NCBI RefSeq assembly: GCF_902652985.1 | Contig: NC_047017.1 | Span: forward strand, 41,788,001-41,852,000 | Origin: Pecten maximus | Taxonomy: Eukaryota | DNA length: 64,000 nt | Direction of reading: 5' to 3' | Part shown: piece by piece, positions 35,413 through 47,000 of the stretch | Numbering within the stretch: the stretch's first letter is position 1 | How the letters are laid out: every line of letters starts with the position of its first letter | The notes under the pieces: model-generated | What the model saw: only the letters and a program-made list of their open reading frames with translations | Databases searched by the model: none | Told to the model about the DNA's origin: nothing | Made by a program: the position numbers and the translations under genes

Positions 35413-37433
35413 TGTAACAGAATAGGCCTGTTGCCTGTGGTTTCTGTGAGCACCGACTCGATCAGCTGATCGGGTCGAGATGACCCAGTTTTGTTTACAA
35501 TGCGGTTTTGAAGTATTTGTAATTAAATAACAGCACGGGAGTGTCGTGGCTGTTTTAATATATTCATATTGGATTGTAAATGCTGAGATTATTGTTTCCA
35601 TAAGGGATTGTTATATTTACGGTAATTTAGTCAAAGTATGAGAGTGGGAAAAGTAATGTACGAGTGCATCACGTGTCGATCTTGTATTGACGAGCTGACA
35701 AATTGTTATTATTCGCCAATTTATAAGCAATGTCTTAGGTAAACAGATGCATTTACGAACCTTTGGGTTGCATATTTGTAAGAGATATTGCCGATTCCAT
35801 TGTCGGACTGATATGTTGTTCGCTGTGGTTGGTCGCGGCAGCCCTCGTTCGCCTGCATGGCGCTTTCAACTTGTCTAGTGTCACAATGGAGTCGGCGTGA
35901 CGTCATATTTATTCAGCAAAGCCTTGTAAATGTTATTTAAAGTAAATAATGTTAGTAAATAATAGGTTTATGATAAGGGATGATTTTTATATCGGATTCC
36001 GTTCAATGTCAATGATTTATTATGTGTATTTTATAGCGTTTAGAAGGAACTCTATTATAGTTCCTTCGCGTAGGGGCTCGGGTGTGACATAGACAGACCG
36101 AGGCTCTCAGCCAATCAGCTGGCGGCCTAGCCTCGCCCGAGGCCCGAAGGTTATAAATAGGGGTGAGCACAGCTGCTTCAACATCTCTGTTTCACCGGTA
36201 CCAGAGCGTATCGTTGCGCCAACAGCAAAGTTAGTATAAGCTTATTAGGATAGGTTAGACCAGACACTCAAACGTTTTAAGAGTGCGGCTCTTAGCCTCT
36301 TTGAGTTGTCTTATAGGTTAGCTTATAGTTTCAGGTTTAGCAAGATACTCATAAGCTTTAAGAGTACGGCTCTTAGCCTCTTTGAGTCTAAGTTCTTATA
36401 TTAATATTGTATCTCTAGTAGGTTAGGTCAGACACTCAAACGTTTCAAGAGTGCGGCTCTTAGCCTCTTTGAGTGGTCTTATAGGTTATCTTATATTTTT
36501 AGTAGGTTTAGCAAGATACTCACAAGCTTTAAGAGTACGGCTCTTGGCTCTATGAGTAGTCTTTAAGTTCTTATATTGTTGTACATGTATTTCTAGTAGA
36601 TTAAGTCAGGTCAGACACTCAAACGTTTAAAGAGTGCGGCTCTTAGCCTCTTTGAGTGATCTACTAGTTTATATTGTCTTAAGTATTTATAGTAGGTTAG
36701 GTCGGATACTCAAATGTTTCAAGAGTATGGCTCTTAGCCTCTTTGAGTTGTCCTATTAGTTGTTCTCTTAATATCTAGTAACTTTAGCAGTTAGCATTTA
36801 GACACTCAAACATTTTAAGAGTGTGGCTCTTAGCCTCTTTGAGTGGTCTTTATTCCCATTGTTTAGTAATGTTTCAGATTAGGTTATTAGAACTATATTA
36901 GTCAGTAATGGTGATAGTTTAGTAGTTTCATAGATGGGTTGTCTCCCTTTGATTAGTCAAGTATAACGGCAAGTCATATTCCTCAAGTATTACACTTTAT
37001 TAGATTCTCACTGTCAACAACATTGTTACATTTGTATTTGAAATGAAATGTATTGCTGTAATATGCATTTCTGAGGTTATCTTTGGTGAGCAGATTACTC
37101 AGGGTTAAATATTATCTTGGAATATTAGAATGAGCATGGTGTGGAAGGTATATGTATATAAGTGAGATATTCCATTTGTTATTTGTATCTGTAATTTAAA
37201 CACATGTTGTGATTTTCTCAGTTGTATAATACATTGTTGAACTTGTACTGTTGGCTTGAGTCTTGTATTCTTCTTAGTCGTCTCCAGAGAAGCAATAGTT
37301 TGGACTTCTAGTCCAAACCCACGTATTAAATATAAATCAGCGAAAGACAGAATCTGTGACTTGGGTGCTGGGTACGGCCTCACGCTACCAAGAAACACTG
37401 CTATATACCACCCCAGGGCCGGATTTTGTCACA
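35413..37433 (+). mobile_element. Solo LTR (2021 bp), probably Gypsy, containing a 7-unit hairpin array
   Basis: Termini TGTAACAGAAT / ATTTTGTCACA (imperfect inverted repeat), 4-bp TSD ATAT (35409-35412 and 37434-37437), CCAAT at 36111 and TATAAATA at 36152; no coding capacity. Confidence 0.8.
36262..36849 (+). repeat. Array of seven ~48-nt self-complementary repeats separated by variable spacers
   Basis: Units start at 36262, 36343, 36430, 36514, 36613, 36704 and 36800; consensus AGAYACTCAAA.gtttt.AAGAGTRYGGCTCTTAGCCTCTTTGAGT. Confidence 0.9.
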
Positions 37434-37741
37434 ATATCAACAGCCAGGGTCATTACAGGACGTGCCTGGTTTTGGAGGTGGAGGAAAGCCGGGGTATCCG
37501 GAGAAATATCATCGACCTACGATCAGTACCAAGCAACTGCCCCACACAGGTTTCGATCTCGCAGGAGGGCAAATGATACAGTGTCGGACCGCCGCGGCCC
37601 CTCTGACTGTGAGGCCAATGTTGTATGGAAGTATAAATTGAATCTTTCCTAACTTTCAACCGAATAGAATATATATTTGAGTATGAATCCACTTGTGAAA
37701 TCAGTTCACTTATTAACATTGTCAGAAATACTTCTGGGACG

Positions 37742-38197
37742 TCAACGGGTAAACGATCCACATCCGGTCATCTTCTCAACGATCCAATCCGAAATAAATT
37801 CGGGGAGAATTTTATAAACTTTAGCAAGAATCTGTAAAGATAATGCCATGTGGATTAGGAACCTCTTACATACAAAGTGTAGTTTTCTGTAAATCATACA
37901 ACATTGCAATAAACAGCCTGAAATTTAGGATGATGCATAACTTTTATGGTGTATTTCTATTCTGTTTATGAGAAATTGTATGGAATTGACCTACGATTTA
38001 AACATGTTATATTGACTGGTAATTTGGAAAGTCATTGATGGCGTTAATATCTCACCGCTAGCTTATCCACGACAGAGAAGGAGCCACCGATCATATAGCG
38101 GGCCTTTGGTGTTAATAAGGGAGTCCTCTATAGCGTTAATTACTGGATCTGCTGACATGGTCCCTATCATACTTGTATCGTTCTTCTTCATCATTTG
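37742..38197 (-). pseudogene. SDR pseudogene fragment D (3' part of exon 5 plus exon 6)
   Basis: Exon 6 at 37831-37742 (ILAKVYKILPEFISDWIVEKMTGCGSFTR*). Exon 5 remnant at 38197-38056 has a 5-bp frameshifting deletion (GTAAC) and ends abruptly at the 60-bp satellite. Confidence 0.88.
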
Positions 38198-39225
38198 TTA
38201 CGTTTGAGGTAGTCAATATATCTGTGTTGTAGGACTATCTGTAGCATCTGTGATGAGGACATTTTTTTTTACGTATAGGTAGTCAATGTGTCTGTGTTTT
38301 AGGACAACCTGTAACATCTGTGATGAGGACATGTTTTACGTATAGGTATTCAATATGTCTGTGTTTTAGGACAACCTGTAACATCTGTGATGAAGACATT
38401 TTTTACGTTTAGGTAGTCAATATATCTGTGTTTTAGGACAACCTGAAACATCTGTGATGAGGACATTTTTTTTAAGTTTGAGGTAGTCAATATGTCTGTG
38501 TGTTAGGACCACCTGTAACATCTGTGATGAGGACATTTTTTACGTTTAGGTAGTCAATATATCTGTTTTAGGCCAATCTGAAACATCTGTGATGAGGACA
38601 TTTTTTACGTTAAGGTAGTCAATATATCTGTGTTGTAGGACTATGTGTAGCATCTGTGATGAGGACATTTTTTAAGTTGAGATAGTCAACATATTCTGTT
38701 GTAGAACTTTCTGTAGCATCTGTGATGAGGACATTTTTTAAGTTGAGATAGTCAACATATCCTGTTGTTGGACTATCTGTAGCATCTGTGATGAGGACAT
38801 TTTTTACGTATAGGCAGTCAACATATCCTGTTGTTGGACTATCTGTAGCATCTGTGATGAGGACATTTTTTAAGTTGAGATAGTCAACATATCCTGTTGT
38901 TGGACTATCTGTAACATCTGTGATGAGGACATTTTTTACGTATAGGCAGTCAACATATCCTGTTGTTGGACTATCTGTAACATCTGTGATGAGGACATTT
39001 TTTAAGTTGAGATAGTCAACATATCCTGTTGTTGGACTATCTGTAGCATCTGTGATGAGGACATTTTTTACGTATAGGCAGTCAACATATCCTGTTGTTG
39101 GACTATCTGTAACATCTGTGATAAGGACATTTTTACGTTGAGATAGTCAATATATCCTATTGTTGGACTATCTGTAACATCTGTGATGAGGACATTTTTA
39201 CGTTTAGGTAGTCAATGTATCTGAC
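38198..39225. repeat. About 60-bp minisatellite, about 17 copies; left boundary of duplication copy 2
   Basis: Same unit as 8420-8890, with an expanded variant (AACATATCCTGTTGTTGGACTATCTGTA). Confidence 0.92.
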
Positions 39226-41514
39226 TTTTAACAAACTATCATGATTTAATGCAGATGTACTGGTTATGAGATGAGGACGGGTTTTTTTTTTATGTCCGGT
39301 CTGTTTATCTGTGATTTAAGACATCATTTAACAAGTTTATGTGATAAAGAACATCCTTTACGTCCAAGCTGTTTATCTTTGGTTTGTGACAACCTGTAAC
39401 ATATGTATGTGATAAAATACATCATGTATGTCCAGACCGAAACTTTTATCTGTGATTTAGGACAACCTGTAACATTGGTATGTAGTAGAGGTTGATGAGA
39501 ATAGTATAAAACATCTAATCACAACAATATATAACCCCCTTATCGGTATTTGATGTCATTATTACAATTATAACAATATATCTGACTTGTTGTTAGATGT
39601 GTTTTTCAGTTGCTATTTATTTATTTTGATTACATAGAACCTGACTTTTGGTGTGTTTAGAAATTCTTTTTCGAAATTAAGAAAAAATGCTGATTATATG
39701 TTTATCTCCTTTCTAGGACAAACTTATAAGTAAGAATTGTGATAAGCCTATATACACCTTTAACACTTCAGTAGGCGATTTATAACACTTGTTACTGAAA
39801 AGTGAAAGGATACAAGGTATGCTGTGATATATTATTCTATTCCAAAAAAAGTGAAATTTCACGTCGTGAAATATTTACTGAACAGCTCCTGTCAGAGCCT
39901 CAAAATACAGCAAATTTGCTACATCGTAAGAGATAATACCCTGTGATAAGGAAATCATACCTTCAAAAAATGCACAGAGTCGCATCGAAGTTTACAAATA
40001 AAAAGAAATGTGATAATTTTCGTGTTTTGGAATTGCGTTTTTAGCTCAGATTTTATATCCGTATCCGTATATAATGCAAGTCGCATTATTTCAATACTGA
40101 TAATTTAAGAAGATTGTTATTGCGTGTATGACTAAGGGACATTTTTCCTGGCATGCTAGTTATCATATCTATGTAATGCCTCATGTATTTATCTGTGATA
40201 TCTGATAAATGGTGAGTAATTAGATGTTGGATCTATTTTGTTGCTTTGGTGGTATAAAAACACTGTATTTCAATTTGTATTTGTATTTAATTTTTGTGTT
40301 ACCTTCCCTTCGTTTCCGATGTCTTGATGTAGCGTTTTGTCGTCATTGTTGTATGCCGAGAATAGTGAGCTGTCGTTATGCTATACATGTAATATAATAT
40401 TTAAGTAATATTCTAACATTTTCCACATTCTATGGATTATTTACGGTTTTCGTTCATACTTTCTTCTTTATCAAAAGACTGTTTTCCGCAAGATAGGAAT
40501 CGAATGTTGTGAGTGCTTAAAGGGATATTCCTTTGTTTGGACATCAGAATCATACAAAATTTCAATTGATGAAATCTATGTCCGACGATGATTAGATGGA
40601 TGATTGTGCCTACAAATAATGAAATACTCACCGAAATATACAGGAAAAAGACGTATCGTATACAAATACCGTTTGTCTTTGCTGTAATAAGCGATGCTTT
40701 GGGTTGAATTAGGAATTTCCAGGACTTAATACTCGAAAAACTTTGGTTTACCTTTAGAGTAAACCTGCCGTATTAATGTAAAGATTGATACTTTTACTAC
40801 TTGCAAAAAATAATATCTTCCATTAAGTTTAATTTTGACTACCTAAACTTTATACAAACGAAGAAATGCCCCTTTAGATATCGTTAAGAATGGGATTACA
40901 TAAAACGACATTCGTCATGGTAATTTGAGTCGAAATCGAATTATATCTCGTTATCAAAGTGAAAACAGGGGTTGTGGAAACGAAATCATAAAACGCTCTA
41001 AAAGAATAAATTTATTTATATAAAACAATATCACATGGAAATACATCATAATACAGATCATGACGATTTCTCATAGTCATTATCAACTTGTATTTCTCGA
41101 AATCTGTATGCTAGCCAACCGGTATTAAATTTGAAACAAATAATAACCGAAAGCAAGCATTTATATCAAAATGAACTGCAACATAAAACTTCTACAGTTT
41201 GAGAAAGTGGCGAAAGTACTACTAAGAATGTGAATATCAACAACAACGAATTGGCAATCATGACACACTCACAAAGTGGTAAGCGACTATATTGTCAATT
41301 CTCTTGGTGTGAATAACGTCTGTAACGGCCAGTAATACCTAACACGCATTGACAAACTAAATACATAATAAACGTCTTTATCGAAAACAAGCTATTCTGT
41401 AAATAGTATGGAGAAAGGTCACATGGCCACGTTCTCCGGACACGTATATTTGTTGCGATAGCTTACGATAATCAAGCTAGAATATAGCCAGGTCTAAGGT
41501 TATGTAACACTTAA

Positions 41515-42136
41515 TATTATACCTTTCCCTATTTTACACTTTGTAAAAAGTAGACAATAGAAATATTATTTGAACCAAATCCTCCAAAAGCGCTATTAAC
41601 CAGGTTAATAGTCCAAAGTGCTATTTACCCGGAGGGGCGCATTCATATTTCGCGTTTTTTTTTTTGCTTTGGTATTCTGATTGGACAATGCATAAACGTT
41701 TTCGAGACCAAGAAGAAGCAGACACAGTTTGTTTACTGAAATCGTAGGAGGGAATGCTACAGGAACATTTCGGAGAATGGCTTCATCTACAAGTTTTGAT
41801 AATCTGGATGAAGAAGTGCTGGAGAGGATTTTTTCTGAAAAAGACAGCGCTAGCACAAAACAAGTAATAAAAACGGCAGTTAGCATGCTAAAAGACTATC
41901 TTCGGAAAAAAAAGCATTAGGAATAGTGGAGGATATGAACACTGGTTCGAGAGAAAAAATGGAATGCTTTAAATGAGGTATAATAAAACAGTTATTGTAT
42001 GGGTATTTCAGCAAATAGCACTTTTATTGCCCCCCATTGACATTAACTATTTCCCTCGGCTTCGCCTCGGAAAATAGTTCATGTCTCGGAGGACATTAAA
42101 GTGCTATTTCCTTCACACCCATACAATAACTGTATA
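41515..42136 (+). mobile_element. Single non-autonomous Crypton-like element
   Basis: Paralog of 11611-12280, with mini-ORF MASSTSFDNLDEEVLERIFSEKDSASTKQVIKTAVSMLKDYL and the terminal hairpin. Confidence 0.6.
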
Positions 42137-43179
42137 GTTACCAGATATTACAATACTACCGATTATTGTCCTTATTCTAACTAAGACTACATAATATAGT
42201 TACCAGGTATATCAATACCAACTACCGATTATTGCCCTTGTTTACCAACAAACACTGGCGGAATTGTCCAAGTTGTAGCTAAGGTTAAATAGAATAATTA
42301 CCAGGAGTAGCAATACTAACCAGCAGTCATTGCCGTAGTAGTAAGGTTCCATAACATAGTTACCAGGTAAAGCAATACGTACTAACAATATTGTATTAGT
42401 TATAACTGCTATTATATAAAATAGTTACCAGATGTAGCAATATTAACTAGCGGTGATTGGTTTGGCTTGGTTTAATATAATCTAACGTCTTATCAACTTT
42501 CCTGTGTGTGAAAAAAACCCAGACAATTATCATTATTATTATTACTTTGTCCTTTCTAAGATTACAATATACAAAAAATATAACCCGGTAGATATTAGAA
42601 TCTTCTATTATAGAAACTTGTGACGGGCGTCGTGAAACCTTACACCGGCGGATTTACACTGCGCAGAATGTTAAATGTTTATAGTCATGTTCTGATTATA
42701 TAAAACATCTAAATGACATTTAAGTGTTTAACGATGTCACAATATTACCTCTTTTTCATGAATCCATAATTAAATCTACAAAAATAGCACTCAAAGACAC
42801 ACAATCACGATTTTTTTTAACATCCAGGCTTCATTTTTATAACACTTTGGATCGAAAATAGCGGTTCGGTAAATACCAAGATAACGAACGAAAAGTTCCT
42901 CTTAATACGCACATTCCGTATCGTATTTTTACAAACAATGCCGCCTTGTTCTAAATACATGTAGGTTACTTGAAGCGATCGAATAATGTAGCGAAGTGTT
43001 AATGTGTCATCAATTAAGTGTGAATTAGTGATTGGACTGTTACAATGGGATATTTAAAAGCTAAAATGTAAGTACACATCGTTGTCATCAAATTTAGAGT
43101 TGCGCTGTATTAAAATAGGTTCGGTCGCTAAAGGTCGGTTGGCGTCAGAGACCTTTAGCTAGCTGAAGTAGGAAAAGGG

Positions 43180-43925
43180 GTGCTCCAGTACACAAGACTT
43201 ATTCGGGAGGAAACGTTAAGTCATCTGGGCGTGTTGGAAGTTCAAGTCCAACTCAACAATCCACACAAGTGTTTAGACTTGTTAATAGTTAAACATGGTG
43301 GTCTATCATTGCTTGGAAGGGGTTGGTTTCGCAGTACCAAACTGGACTGGGACAGTGTTAAGATGATCATGGTTTTGAGTGGTTCTAAACCCTCAACAGC
43401 TCGAGAAATACTTAGAGGTTTTCAAAGACGAGCTAGGCACCTTGAAAGATATCAAGCACAGATAAAGGTCAAAGAGGACGCTCACCCAAAATTCTGCAAT
43501 GCACCTACTGGTTCCTTTCGCAATAAAAGAAAAAGCTGACAGGGAGCTGAACTGACTTGTCAAAACAGGTATTTCGACTACTATTTAACGGCCTAAGCTA
43601 TACAACAGCACACGCATTTGTTGTAATTTAAAGGTCACAATCAATCAAGTTCTTAATATCGACCAAAACCTAACTACCAAATATCGATGAAATCTTCGCG
43701 ACACTGGTTGCTGGTCAATATTTTACGAAGATCAACCTGAAAAACACATATCTACAAAGGATAGTGCGTGAGGCTGGCCGACTATACCGGACATAGCATC
43801 GGCTCCTGGGATACCGATATCTTAGTCCTACAAGGTGTACCACGTGTTTAATGCTTCTTAGACGACATGATCGGCACGACAGATGAAGAACATGTGGTAA
43901 AATTAGAGAGAATACTTCAATTGTT
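43180..43925 (+). pseudogene. Decayed Ty3/Gypsy pol remnant
   Basis: Uninterrupted paralog of 13235-15405. Confidence 0.8.
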
Positions 43926-44031
43926 ACATTCCAGTCCATGTTTCCGCCGAGTGTTGTATCGTTACATTACAGTCCATGGTCATCTTCTCAACCATTAACA
44001 TCCGGTCATCTTCTAAATGATCCACATCCGG

Positions 44032-47000
44032 TCATCTTCTCAACGATCCACATCCGGTCATTTTCTCAACGATCCAGTCCGAAATAAATTCAGGAAGAAG
44101 GTAATAGACTTTAGCAAGAACCTGTAAGGGTGATGCAAATGAATTAGGAATCACACAGAATCAATCATATGACATTGCAATATAGTTTTGCTATGACGTT
44201 GATTTGGCATCTCGATTGTGCTTATGAGGAGCCTCATGTGTAGTTGTGAAAAAATACCATAAGCCTCGTACTTGTTATGTTAAATATGTTAAGTTAGCAA
44301 GTCAGTTGTAGTGAGACAATGAATGGTGTTAAAACCTTACCGCTAGCTTGTCCACGACAGAGAAGGATCCCCCGATCATATAGCGGGCCTTTGGTGTTAC
44401 GTTAATAAGGGAATCCTCTATAGCGTTAATAACCGAATCTGCTGACATGGTCTGGATCATACTTGGCTCTTTCTTCTTCATCATTTGGTAGATATCATCA
44501 AAGTATGGACGACCGTAGGTCTGTCTGACGTCATCAGATGCTTGTTCCCACATGTAGTCTATCTCCTTCTTTAATCGTTTCAGCTGTTTAATATGGGAAT
44601 GTTACATTTTGCGTTCCTACGTATATTAATTTTTGAAATTATTTAAAAGATATAAAATATTTGACATCATTTACGTCACCTGTGGATTACGTTACATTTT
44701 TTTTGGTTATATAAATTTATATATATATAATACTTTGTTTAGATATTTATACATATCTGATAAACTTTGCATTGAGAATCAGAATGCTTGGTATAAATAT
44801 AGGTTTTGGTAATGAAATCAATTAAAACAGGTTTATATAATGCTAAACAAACGAGGTCACCTGTTCTGGGCCACATACAGATGTGGCTGCACTAAATTGT
44901 CCAGGTTCAATAATTGAGACGTTGACACCAAACTTCTTCATTTCAAGTCTGAGGGAGTCACTCAGGGTCTCTATACCATATTTGGTAACACTGTACACGG
45001 ATCCACTGGGCCAGGAAAACCGACCCCTCACGCTAGACATGTTAACAATCCGGCCTGGAAACAGAAAATTAGATTACATACTGTTAATCACGGGGAATGT
45101 GAAATAAGCCTACATTTGCAGACGCTCATTAATTGCAGGACCTAGCTGTTTATCCGTAAAATCGTTTCTATGTAAATGTATTACTCTGTCTCTATTCTAA
45201 CATAAAGACACTGACTTGACGCATATTTGTCTGGGTTTTTTTTCTAATCATAAGAAAATACTTACCTCTAGACTTCCTGATAAGAGGGAGGAATGCCTTG
45301 GTGACTCGGATCATTCCGTATAGATTAACCTCAGCACATTTCTTGTATTGATCCACAGTCGCTAACTCGACGTCACCGGGAAAATACATTCCTGCGTTGT
45401 TGACAATAGCCCACAATCCTGAATAAAATACCCGAATAAAATAATTTAGTAATATAACTGTATATATTTACTACCTACAGTTGAGTGTAGACTAAAGGTT
45501 ACACCCAAGTGCACTCCGAGTGCACTCCATTTGGACTTGGATTGCACTCCGTTTGGACTCCATGTAAACTTGGAGTGCACTCCAAGTGGACTCCGAGTCT
45601 ACCTGGAGTCCTATAAGATACCATGTCTACCTCAGTTCTATAATCAGACTATATCATACATGTATTAATACTTTGATGCTTTTAATATAATTTACATATA
45701 TAAATATATTTTTACCAATTACTTTTGTTCTGTTAATATTACTATTCACATTTGTTAATACATGGTAATAATGCCTACATTTTAAATTTATATTTATCAA
45801 GATCCATAAAAGACAGTTATACAATTTATGCCATAATCAGGTTTCTATGAAAGTTAATTGCTTATTATTTCATATTTTATTAATGTGTAAGTAAATTGTA
45901 TTTCATTCTATTCAGGAATTGAAAATTATTTCAATTAGAATATTTATTACTGTACATATATCATGACTGTAAAGGAAGTTTAGATAATGTATCTATATTA
46001 TGTTATTGATTATTCAAAATATTGAAAATTAACAGTATTTAATGAATTATGTGTTTTTTTATAAGACATTCTCTACATATATGTACTCAGTTAGGCAAGT
46101 AATTATATAGATCATTAGAAAAATATACATTTACAACTGTACATATTTACGAGCATTACCTGGTTAAATTAATGTTCTGACATAATGTACACATAAGTAT
46201 GTAGTTCCGGACTACCCATAATGAATGACAGTATCTGTTTATTTGCTATTGTTATTGGTCATGCATGACTGACTCTGGCCTGACACACCTGAGACCTGTG
46301 CCTGGTGAGTTTTAGGAGCCAGCTGGGTTCACAGAAATACCTATGTCAATTTTGTCAATGTATGGCTTCAAATGATGAAGCTGTGCAAAGCAGGGTGTGT
46401 TATGACCTCAGGCCAATTAACAGAACAGTAAGATTATTTCCTGACTTGAAGAAAAGGATTGTAGCTCTCCATCTGAGAGGCCTTAATCAGACCAAAATTA
46501 CATGTATAAACGAAATACCAGTGTAATTAGGTGGAAATGTAAAGATAAGCTGTAAAACCATTAACAAATTGGTTAACAGGTTTAAGGAGACCAACTCTAT
46601 TGAAATGAAGTCATTCTATACTGAAATTAGAAAGTAAAAATAAGCTGTTTCTTATTAGATTGTAACCTGTCTAAACCGCAAGTCATTGAGACCAAACGTA
46701 TTGGCCGGTTTCTGCAGGTGTCTGGTATGTAGAGGTACAATGTTGAATGATATAAGTTCAGAAAAAATTAATGCAAATCAAATTAAGAAATGATGCAGTT
46801 CTTATCTTGTTATATTCAAAAATATAAAGACATTGATTTAAAAATTTATTGTAAAGAAAGAGATTAAAGTAAAAAAAAAAAAAAAATTTCAGTGTTATTC
46901 CAAATGGTATAATGAATGCAAATTCACCATTTCCCCAAATCAACCTATAGCCTTATACCCGTAATTAGTACACATTGTTCTCGTCCAGGAAATAAGATTA

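Larger units (their letters stand above)
35388..37601 (-). mobile_element. SINE with V-domain-like core, split by the solo LTR (pieces 35388-35412 and 37434-37601)
   Basis: Minus strand has TTTCTCCGGATACCCCGGCTTTCCTCCAC (V-SINE-like core) and ATGACCCTGGCTGTTGATAT|GACGTTAAACAAAA across the LTR. The whole block is absent at the homologous site downstream of SDR C (about 58500). Confidence 0.65.

Noticed and set aside
36262-36849. CRISPR array interpretation of the repeat/spacer pattern
   Set aside because: Eukaryotic context, no cas genes, spacers are related to one another and the array lies inside a TSD-flanked LTR.
36262-36849. Hammerhead ribozyme or retrozyme
   Set aside because: No CUGANGA...GAAA core on either strand of the unit.
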